From Auanema rhodensis (lineage: Eukaryota; Animalia; Nematoda): a stretch of DNA of 64,000 bases. This document shows positions 43,801 through 55,435 of the stretch, in pieces. A program made the position numbers and the translations under genes. Where the stretch lies: contig OZ059896.1 in the NCBI GenBank assembly GCA_964057225.1, positions 124,001-188,000 of the forward strand, given 5' to 3'. Position 1 is the first letter of the stretch; each line of letters starts with the position of its first letter. A model generated the notes under the pieces. That model did not search any database, had not been told where the DNA came from, and worked only from the letters and a program-made list of their open reading frames with translations.

Positions 43801-46700
43801 GACTAATATGGACATGGGGAATCTAATTTTGAAAACCGCATCTCTTTATCTTTCACGTGAAGCGAGTTACATACCAAGTGCCCATCACGTGTACATTTAA
43901 TTAGCATAAATTAAAGTTCACGTAAATTTCAAAGTCATGGTTACCATGCACCAATATCAATAAAAATTTGTTTTTAGACTAATATGGACATGGGGAATCT
44001 AATTTTGAAAACCGCATCTCTTCATCTTTCACGTGAAGCGAGTTACATACCAAGTGCACATCACGTGTACATTTAATTAGCATAAATTAAAGTTCACGTA
44101 AATTTCAAAGTCATGGTTACCATGAACCAATATCAATAAAAATTTGTTTTTAGACTAATATGGACATGGGGAATCTAATTTTGAAAACCGCATCTCCTTA
44201 TCTTTCACGTGAAGCGAGTTACATACCAAGTGCACATCACGTGTACATTTAATTAGCATAAATTAAAGTTCACGTAAATTTCAAAGTCATGGTTACCATG
44301 CACCAATGTCAATAAAAATTTGTTTTTAGACTAATATGGACATGGGGAATCTAATTTTGAAAACCGCATCTCTTTATCTTTCACGTGAAGCGAGTTACAT
44401 ACCAAGTGCCCATCACGTGTACATTTAATTAGCATAAATTAAAGTTCACGTAAATTTCAAAGTCATGGTTACCATGCACCAATATCAATAAAAATTTGTT
44501 TTTAGACTAATATGGACATGGGGAATCTAATTTTGAAAACCGCATCTCTTTATCTTTCACGTGAAGCGAGTTACATACCAAGTGCACATCACGTGTACAT
44601 TTATTTAGCATAAATTAAAGTTCACGTAAATTTCAAAGTCATGGTTACCATGCACCAATGTCAATAAAAATTTGTTTTTAGACTAATATGGACATGGGGA
44701 ATCTAATTTTGAAAACCGCATCTCTTCATCTTTCACGTGAAGCGAGTTACATACCAAGTGCACATCACGTGTACATTTAATTAGCATAAATTAAAGTTCA
44801 CGTAAATTTCAAAGTCATGGTTACCATGCACCAATATCAATAAAAATTTGTTTTTAGACTAATATGGACATGGGGAATCTAATTTTGAAAACCGCATCTC
44901 TTCATCTTTCACGTGAAGCGAGTTACATACCAAGTGCACATCACGTGTACATTTAATTAGCATAAATTAAAGTTCACGTAAATTTCAAAGTCATGGTTAC
45001 CATGCACCAATATCAATAAAAATTTGTTTTTAGACTAATATGGACATGGGGAATCTAATTTTGAAAACCGCATCTCTTTATCTTTCACGTGAAGCGAGTT
45101 ACATACCAAGTGCACATCACGTGTACATTTAATTAGCATAAATTAAAGTTCACGTAAATTTCAAAGTCATGGTTACCATGCACCAATATCAATAAAAATT
45201 TGTTTTTAGACTAATATGGACATGGGGAATCTAATTTTGAAAACCGCATCTCTTCATCTTTCACGTGAAGCGAGTTACATACCAAGTGCACATCACGTGT
45301 ACATTTAATTAGCATAAATTAAAGTTCACGTAAATTTCAAAGTCATGGTTACCATGAACCAATATCAATAAAAATTTGTTTTTAGACTAATATGGACATG
45401 GGGAATCTAATTTTGAAAACCGCATCTCTTTATCTTTCACGTGAAGCGAGTTACATACCAAGTGTACATCACGTGTACATTTAATTAGCATAAATTAAAG
45501 TTCACGTAAATTTCAAAGTCATGGTTACCATGAACCAATATCAATAAAAATTTGTTTTTAGACTAATATGGACATGGGGAATCTAATTTTGAAAACCGCA
45601 TCTCTTTATCTTTCACGTGAAGCGAGTTACATACCAAGTGCACATCACGTTTACATTTAATTAGCATAAATTAAAGTTCACGTAAATTTCAAAGTCATGG
45701 TTACCATGCACCAATGTCAATAAAAATTTGTTTTTAGACTAATATGGACATGGGGAATCTAATTTTGAAAACCGCATCTCTTCATCTTTCACGTGAAGCG
45801 AGTTACATACCAAGTGCACATCACGTGTACATTTAATTAGCATAAATTAAAGTTCACGTAAATTTCAAAGTCATGGTTACCATGCACCAATATCAATAAA
45901 AATTTGTTTTTAGACTAATATGGACATGGGGAATCTAATTTTGAAAACCGCATCTCTTCATCTTTCACGTGAAGCGAGTTACATACCAAGTGCACATCAC
46001 GTGTACATTTAATTAGCATAAATTAAAGTTCACGTAAATTTCAAAGTCATGGTTACCATGCACCAATATCAATAAAAATTTGTTTTTAGACTAATATGGA
46101 CATGGGGAATCTAATTTTGAAAACCGCATCTCTTTATCTTTCACGTGAAGCGAGTTACATACCAAGTGCACATCACGTGTACATTTAATTAGCATAAATT
46201 AAAGTTCACGTAAATTTCAAAGTCATGGTTACCATGCACCAATGTCAATAAAAATTTGTTTTTAGACTAATATGGACATGGGGAATCTAATTTTGAAAAC
46301 CGCATCTCTTCATCTTTCACGTGAAGCGAGTTACATACCAAGTGCACATCACGTGTACATTTAATTAGCATAAATTAAAGTTCACGTAAATTTCAAAGTC
46401 ATGGTTACCATGCACCAATGTCAATAAAAATTTGTTTTTAGACTAATATGGACATGGGGAATCTAATTTTGAAAACCGCATCTCTTCATCTTTCACGTGA
46501 AGCGAGTTACATACCAAGTGCACATCACGTGTACATTTAATTAGCATAAATTAAAGTTCACGTAAATTTCAAAGTCATGGTTACCATGCACCAATATCAA
46601 TAAAAATTTGTTTTTAGACTAATATGGACATGGGGAATCTAATTTTGAAAACCGCATCTCTTCATCTTTCACGTGAAGCGAGTTACATACCAAGTGCACA
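37900..46700. repeat. 4400-bp (25-monomer) higher-order duplication built from 17- and 8-monomer sub-blocks
   Basis: The GTGTACATC variant occurs at 38073, 41065, 42473 and 45465 (spacings 2992, 1408, 2992). The TTATTTAGC variant occurs at 40201 and 44601 (+4400). Confidence 0.88.
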
Positions 46701-49700
46701 TCACGTGTACATTTAATTAGCATAAATTAAAGTTCACGTAAATTTCAAAGTCATGGTTACCATGCACCAATATCAATAAAAATTTGTTTTTAGACTAATA
46801 TGGACATGGGGAATCTAATTTTGAAAACCGCATCTCTTTATCTTTCACGTGAAGCGAGTTACATACCAAGTGCACATCACGTGTACATTTAATTAGCATA
46901 AATTAAAGTTCACGTAAATTTCAAAGTCATGGTTACCATGCACCAATGTCAATAAAAATTTGTTTTTAGACTAATATGGACATGGGGAATCTAATTTTGA
47001 AAACCGCATCTCTTCATCTTTCACGTGAAGCGAGTTACATACCAAGTGCACATCACGTGTACATTTAATTAGCATAAATTAAAGTTCACGTAAATTTCAA
47101 AGTCATGGTTACCATGCACCAATATCAATAAAAATTTGTTTTTAGACTAATATGGACATGGGGAATCTAATTTTGAAAACCGCATCTCTTCATCTTTCAC
47201 GTGAAGCGAGTTACATACCAAGTGCACATCACGTGTACATTTAATTAGCATAAATTAAAGTTCACGTAAATTTCAAAGTCATGGTTACCATGCACCAATA
47301 TCAATAAAAATTTGTTTTTAGACTAATATGGACATGGGGAATCTAATTTTGAAAACCGCATCTCTTTATCTTTCACGTGAAGCGAGTTACATACCAAGTG
47401 CACATCACGTGTACATTTAATTAGCATAAATTAAAGTTCACGTAAATTTCAAAGTCATGGTTACCATGCACCAATGTCAATAAAAATTTGTTTTTAGACT
47501 AATATGGACATGGGGAATCTAATTTTGAAAACCGCATCTCTTCATCTTTCACGTGAAGCGAGTTACATACCAAGTGCACATCACGTGTACATTTAATTAG
47601 CATAAATTAAAGTTCACGTAAATTTCAAAGTCATGGTTACCATGCACCAATATCAATAAAAATTTGTTTTTAGACTAATATGGACATGGGGAATCTAATT
47701 TTGAAAACCGCATCTCTTCATCTTTCACGTGAAGCGAGTTACATACCAAGTGCACATCACGTGTACATTTAATTAGCATAAATTAAAGTTCACGTAAATT
47801 TCAAAGTCATGGTTACCATGCACCAATGTCAATAAAAATTTGTTTTTAGACTAATATGGACATGGGGAATCTAATTTTGAAAACCGCATCTCTTCATCTT
47901 TCACGTGAAGCGAGTTACATACCAAGTGCACATCACGTGTACATTTAATTAGCATAAATTAAAGTTCACGTAAATTTCAAAGTCATGGTTACCATGCACC
48001 AATATCAATAAAAATTTGTTTTTAGACTAATATGGACATGGGGAATCTAATTTTGAAAACCGCATCTCTTCATCTTTCACGTGAAGCGAGTTACATACCA
48101 AGTGCACATCACGTGTACATTTAATTAGCATAAATTAAAGTTCACGTAAATTTCAAAGTCATGGTTACCATGCACCAATATCAATAAAAATTTGTTTTTA
48201 GACTAATATGGACATGGGGAATCTAATTTTGAAAACCGCATCTCTTTATCTTTCACGTGAAGCGAGTTACATACCAAGTGCACATCACGTGTACATTTAA
48301 TTAGCATAAATTAAAGTTCACGTAAATTTCAAAGTCATGGTTACCATGCACCAATGTCAATAAAAATTTGTTTTTAGACTAATATGGACATGGGGAATCT
48401 AATTTTGAAAACCGCATCTCTTCATCTTTCACGTGAAGCGAGTTACAGACCAAGTGCACATCACGTGTACATTTAATTAGCATAAATTAAAGTTCACGTA
48501 AATTTCAAAGTCATGGTTACCATGCACCAATATCAATAAAAATTTGTTTTTAGACTAATATGGACATGGGGAATCTAATTTTGAAAACCGCATCTCTTCA
48601 TCTTTCACGTGAAGCGAGTTACATACCAAGTGCACATCACGTGTACATTTAATTAGCATAAATTAAAGTTCACGTAAATTTCAAAGTCATGGTTACCATG
48701 CACCAATATCAATAAAAATTTGTTTTTAGACTAATATGGACATGGGGAATCTAATTTTGAAAACCGCATCTCTTTATCTTTCACGTGAAGCGAGTTACAT
48801 ACCAAGTGCACATCACGTGTACATTTAATTAGCATAAATTAAAGTTCACGTAAATTTCAAAGTCATGGTTACCATGCACCAATGTCAATAAAAATTTGTT
48901 TTTAGACTAATATGGACATGGGGAATCTAATTTTGAAAACCGCATCTCTTCATCTTTCACGTGAAGCGAGTTACATACCAAGTGCACATCACGTGTACAT
49001 TTAATTAGCATAAATTAAAGTTCACGTAAATTTCAAAGTCATGGTTACCATGCACCAATGTCAATAAAAATTTGTTTTTAGACTAATATGGACATGGGGA
49101 ATCTAATTTTGAAAACCGCATCTCTTCATCTTTCACGTGAAGCGAGTTACATACCAAGTGCACATCACGTGTACATTTAATTAGCATAAATTAAAGTTCA
49201 CGTAAATTTCAAAGTCATGGTTACCATGCACCAATATCAATAAAAATTTGTTTTTAGACTAATATGGACATGGGGAATCTAATTTTGAAAACCGCATCTC
49301 TTCATCTTTCACGTGAAGCGAGTTACATACCAAGTGCACATCACGTGTACATTTAATTAGCATAAATTAAAGTTCACGTAAATTTCAAAGTCATGGTTAC
49401 CATGCACCAATATCAATAAAAATTTGTTTTTAGACTAATATGGACATGGGGAATCTAATTTTGAAAACCGCATCTCTTTATCTTTCACGTGAAGCGAGTT
49501 ACATACCAAGTGCACATCACGTGTACATTTAATTAGCATAAATTAAAGTTCACGTAAATTTCAAAGTCATGGTTACCATGCACCAATGTCAATAAAAATT
49601 TGTTTTTAGACTAATATGGACATGGGGAATCTAATTTTGAAAACCGCATCTCTTCATCTTTCACTTGAAGCGAGTTACATACCAAGTGCACATCACGTGT

Positions 49701-52700
49701 ACATTTAATTAGCATAAATTAAAGTTCACGTAAATTTCAAAGTCATGGTTACCATGCACCAATATCAATAAAAATTTGTTTTTAGACTAATATGGACATG
49801 GGGAATCTAATTTTGAAAACCGCATCTCTTCATCTTTCACGTGAAGCGAGTTACATACCAAGTGCACATCACGTGTACATTTAATTAGCATAAATTAAAG
49901 TTCACGTAAATTTCAAAGTCATGGTTACCATGCACCAATATCAATAAAAATTTGTTTTTAGACTAATATGGACATGGGGAATCTAATTTTGAAAACCGCA
50001 TCTCTTCATCTTTCACGTGAAGCGAGTTACATACCAAGTGCACATCACGTGTACATTTAATTAGCATAAATTAAAGTTCACGTAAATTTCAAAGTCATGG
50101 TTACCATGCACCAATATCAATAAAAATTTGTTTTTAGACTAATATGGACATGGGGAATCTAATTTTGAAAACCGCATCTCTTCATCTTTCACGTGAAGCG
50201 AGTTACATACCAAGTGCACATCACGTGTACATTTAATTAGCATAAATTAAAGTTCACGTAAATTTCAAAGTCATGGTTACCATGCACCAATATCAATAAA
50301 AATTTGTTTTTAGACTAATATGGACATGGGGAATCTAATTTTGAAAACCGCATCTCTTCATCTTTCACGTGAAGCGAGTTACATACCAAGTGCACATCAC
50401 GTGTACATTTAATTAGCATAAATTAAAGTTCACGTAAATTTCAAAGTCATGGTTACCATGCACCAATATCAATAAAAATTTGTTTTTAGACTAATATGGA
50501 CATGGGGAATCTAATTTTGAAAACCGCATCTCTTCATCTTTCACGTGAAGCGAGTTACATACCAAGTGCACATCACGTGTACATTTAATTAGCATAAATT
50601 AAAGTTCACGTAAATTTCAAAGTCATGGTTACCATGCACCAATATCAATAAAAATTTGTTTTTAGACTAATATGGACATGGGGAATCTAATTTTGAAAAC
50701 CGCATCTCTTTATCTTTCACGTGAAGCGAGTTACATACCAAGTGCACATCACGTGTACATTTAATTAGCATAAATTAAAGTTCACGTAAATTTCAAAGTC
50801 ATTGTTACCATGCACCAATGTCAATAAAAATTTGTTTTTAGACTAATATGGACATGGGGAATCTAATTTTGAAAACCGCATCTCTTCATCTTTCACGTGA
50901 AGCGAGTTACATACCAAGTGCACATCACGTGTACATTTAATTAGCATAAATTAAAGTTCACGTAAATTTCAAAGTCATGGTTACCATGCACCAATATCAA
51001 TAAAAATTTGTTTTTAGACTAATATGGACATGGGGAATCTAATTTTGAAAACCGCATCTCTTTATCTTTCACGTGAAGCGAGTTACATACCAAGTGCACT
51101 TCACGTGTACATTTAATTAGCATAAATTAAAGTTCACGTAAATTTCAAAGTCATGGTTACCATGAACCAATATCAATAAAAATTTGTTTTTAGACTAATA
51201 TGGACATGGGGAATCTAATTTTGAAAACCGCATCTCTTTATCTTTCACGTGAAGCGAGTTACATACCAAGTGCACATCACGTGTACATTTAATTAGCATA
51301 AATTAAAGTTCACGTAAATTTCAAAGTCATGGTTACCATGCACCAATATCAATAAAAATTTGTTTTTAAACTAATATGGACATGGGGAATCTAATTTTGA
51401 AAACCGCATCTCTTTATCTTTCACGTGAAGCGAGTTACATACCAAGTGCACATCACGTGTACATTTAATTAGCATAAATTAAAGTTCACGCAAATTTCAA
51501 AGTCATGGTTACCATGCACCAATATCAATAAAAATTTGTTTTTAGACTAATATGGACATGGGGAATCTAATTTTGAAAACCGCATCTCTTTATCTTTCAC
51601 GTGAAGCGAGTTACATACCAAGTGCACATCACGTGTACATTTAATTAGCATAAATTAAAGTTCACGTAAATTTCAAAGTCATGGTTACCATGAACCAATA
51701 TCAATAAAAATTTGTTTTTAGACTAATATGGACATGGGGAATCTAATTTTGAAAACCGCATCTCTTTATCTTTCACGTGAAGCGAGTTACATACCAAGTG
51801 CACATCACGTGTACATTTAATTAGCATAAATTAAAGTTCACGTAAATTTCACAGTCATGGTTACCATGAACCAATATCAATAAAAATTTGTTTTTAGACT
51901 AATATGGACATGGGGAATCTAATTTTGAAAACCGCATCTCTTTATCTTTCACGTGAAGCGAGTTACATACCAAGTGCACATCACGTGTACATTTAATTAG
52001 CATAAATTAAAGTTCACGTAAATTTCAAAGTCATGGTTACCATGCACCAATATCAATAAAAATTTGTTTTTAGACTAATATGGACATGGGGAATCTAATT
52101 TTGAAAACCGCATCTCTTTATCTTTCACGTGAAGCGAGTTACATACCAAGTGCACATCACGTGTACATTTAATTAGCATAAATTAAAGTTCACGTAAATT
52201 TCAAAGTCATGGTTACCATGAACCAATATCAATAAAAATTTGTTTTTAGACTAATATGGACATGGGGAATCTAATTTTGAAAACCGCATCTCTTTATCTT
52301 TCACGTGAAGCGAGTTACATACCAAGTGCACATCACGTGTACATTTAATTAGCATAAATTAAAGTTCACGTAAATTTCAAAGTCATGGTTACCATGCACC
52401 AATATCAATAAAAATTGGTTTTTAAACTAATATGGACATGGGGAATCTAATTTTGAAAACCGCATCTCTTTATCTTTCACGTGAAGCGAGTTACATACCA
52501 AGTGCACATCACGTATACATTTAATTAGCATAAATTAAAGTTCACGTAAATTTCAAAGTCATGGTTACCATGAACCAATATCAATAAAAATTTGTTTTTA
52601 GACTAATATGGACATGGGGAATCTAATTTTGAAAACCGCATCTCTTCATCTTTCACGTGAAGCGAGTTACATACCAAGTGCACATCACGTGTACATTTAA

Positions 52701-54974
52701 TTAGCATAAATAAAAGTTCACGTAAATTTCAAAGTCATGGTTACCATGCACCAATATCAATAAAAATTTGTTTTTAGACTAATATGGACATGGGGAATCT
52801 AATTTTGAAAACCGCATCTCTTTATCTTTCACGTGAAGCGAGTTACATACCAAGTGCACATCACGTGTACATTTAATTAGCATAAATTAAAGTTCACGTA
52901 AATTTCAAAGTCATGGTTACCATGCACCAATATCAATAAAAATTTGTTTTTAGACTAATATGGACATGGGGAATCTAATTTTGAAAACCGCATCTCCTTA
53001 TCTTTCACGTGAAGCGAGTTACATACCAAGTGCACATCACGTGTACATTTAATTAGCATAAATTAAAGTTCACGTAAATTTCAAAGTCATGGTTACCATG
53101 CGCCAATATCAATAAAAATTTGTTTTTAGACTAATATGGACATGGGGAATCTAATTTTGAAAACCGCATCTCTTTATCTTTCACGTGAAGCGAGTTACAT
53201 ACCAAGTGCACATCACGTGTACATTTAATTAGCATAAATTAAAGTTCACGTAAATTTCAAAGTCATGGTTACCATGCACCAATGTCAATAAAAATTTGTT
53301 TTTAGACTAATATGGACATGGGGAATCTAATTTTGCAAACCGCATCTCTTCATCTTTCACGTGAAGCGAGTTACATACCAAGTGCACATCACGTGTACAT
53401 TTAATTAGCATAAATTAAAGTTCACGTAAATTTCAAAGTCATGGTTACCATGCACCAATATCAATAAAAATTTGTTTTTAGTCTAATATGGACATGGGGA
53501 ATCTAATTTTGAAAACCGCATCTCTTTATCTTTCACGTGAAGCGAGTTACATACCAAGTGCACATCACGTGTACATTTAATTAGCATAAATTAAAGTTCA
53601 CGTAAATTTCAAAGTCATGGTTACCATGAACCAATATCAATAAAAATTTGTTTTTAGACTAATATGGACATGGGGAATCTAATTTTGAAAACCGCATCTC
53701 TTTATCTTTCACGTGAAGCGAGTTACATACTAAGTGCACATCACGTGTACATTTAATTAGCATAAATTAAAGTTCACGTAAATTTCAAAGTCATGGTTAC
53801 CATGCACCAATATCAATAAAAATTTGTTTTTAGACTAATATGGACATGGGGAATCTAATTTTGAAAACCGCATCTCTTTATCTTTCACGTGAAGCGAGTT
53901 ACATACCAAGTGCACATCACGTGTACATTTAATTAGCATAAATTAAAGTTCACGTAAATTTCAAAGTCATGGTTACCATGAACCAATATCAATAAAAATT
54001 AGTTTTTAGACTAATATGGACATGGGGAATCTAATTTTGAAAACCGCATCTCTTTATCTTTCACGTGAAGCGAGTTACATACCAAGTGCACATCACGTGT
54101 ACATTTAATTAGCATAAATTAAAGTTCACGTAAATTTCAAAGTCATGGTTACCATGAACCAATATCAATAAAAATTTGTTTTTAGACTAATATGGACATG
54201 GGGAATCTAATTTTGAAAACCGCATCTCTTTATCTTTCACGTGAAGCGAGTTACATACCAAGTGCACATCACGTGTACATTTAATTAGCATAAATTAAAG
54301 TTCACGTAAATTTCAAAGTCATGGTTACCATGCACCAATATCAATAAAAATTTGTTTTTAAACTAATATGGACATGGGGAATCTAATTTTGAAAACCGCA
54401 TCTCTTTATCTTTCACGTGAAGCGAGTTACATACCAAGTGCACATCACGTGTACATTTAATTAGCATAAATTAAAGTTCACGTAAATTTCAAAGTCATGG
54501 TTACCATGCACCAATATCAATAAAAATTTGTTTTTAGACTAATATGGACATGGGGAATCTAATTTTGAAAACCGCATCTCTTTATCTTTCACGTGAAGCG
54601 AGTTACATACCAAGTGCACATCACGTGTACATTTAATTAGCATAAATTAAAGTTCACGTAAATTTCAAAGTCATGGTTACCATGAACCAATATCAATAAA
54701 AATTAGTTTTTAGACTAATATGGACATGGGGAATCTAATTTTGAAAACCGCATCTCTTTATCTTTCACGTGAAGCGAGTTACATACCAAGTGCACATCAC
54801 GTGTACATTTAATTAGCATAAATTAAAGTTCACGTAAATTTCAAAGTCATGGTTACCATGCACCAATATCAATAAAAATTTGTTTTTAAACTAATATGGA
54901 CATGGGGAATCTAATTTTGAAAACCGCATCTCTTTATCTTTCACGTGAAGCGAGTTACATACCAAGTGCACATC

Positions 54975-54982
54975 ACGTGTAC
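54975..54982 (+). other. Target-site duplication, left copy (ACGTGTAC)
   Basis: The satellite reads ...CATC ACGTGTAC and then switches to CGTAATGTC. The identical octamer recurs at 58757-58764. Confidence 0.93.
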
Positions 54983-55435
54983 CGTAATGTCTCTGATCCC
55001 GTTCATTTTTATATTGTTCGTGATTTACGTGTTGTTGCTGTTAAAAAACGAGTGCTTCCTAGTTCTATCGTTTCTGTTTCTCCGGCATGCATTTCTTCAT
55101 CCCCTGTTCCCATCAACCCTACTGGCACTACTTCTGCTGACTACACAGCTGTTACAACTGTTTCTGAACTCTTACCTAGCATATCCAAAAACTCCAATGC
55201 TGCACCGGCTTCAAAATCTAGTCGCAAGTCTCTTAGAACAGTCAGATCCAGTAGCTCTATTCCATCTCCTTCGAGAAGAAAAGTTCGCCCTATTCGTTAC
55301 TCACTTCGCCCTACACCTTCCTCTCGAGTAAGAAATGCTGTAATAATACAACCTGCACCTCCTAGCGTACAGGGCGATACTTCTTCTGGTTCTACTGTCT
55401 CACCCAATTGTCTTTCTTCATTTCGCAAGTCATAG
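54983..55435 (+). pseudogene. 3' remnant of LINE ORF1 (150 codons; Ser/Pro/Arg-rich basic C-terminal region), native start lost by 5' truncation
   Basis: Open from the first element base (RNVSDPVHFYIVRDLRVVAVKKR...) to TAG at 55433-55435, immediately upstream of and overlapping ORF2, which is the usual ORF1 position. YIVRDLRVV resembles, from memory only, a C-terminal motif of nematode CR1-like ORF1 proteins. Confidence 0.7.

Larger units (their letters stand above)
1..54982. repeat. 176-bp satellite DNA tandem array, left arm (313 monomers; continues beyond the window start)
   Basis: The unit CATTTAATTAGCAT...CACATCACGTGTA (1-176) restarts at 177 and repeats head-to-tail, typically with 0-2 substitutions per copy. 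The length arithmetic closes exactly: 313x176, minus 6x18 (deletion variants), plus 1 (T insertion near 4477), plus 1 base = 54982. Confidence 0.99.

Noticed and set aside
1-54982. CRISPR-like array next to a reverse transcriptase (RT-Cas, retron or DGR-type system)
   Set aside because: The units are contiguous near-identical 176-mers with no unique spacers, and there are no cas genes. The RT is fused to an APE endonuclease with TSD and tail, i.e. a eukaryotic LINE.
54945-55331. 128-aa hydrophobic ORF in the same frame as ORF2
   Set aside because: It starts at a GTG in the satellite and is separated from ORF2 by three TAA stops (55329, 55341, 55344). Its Leu/Phe richness is expected from a T/C-rich alternative frame of ORF1.
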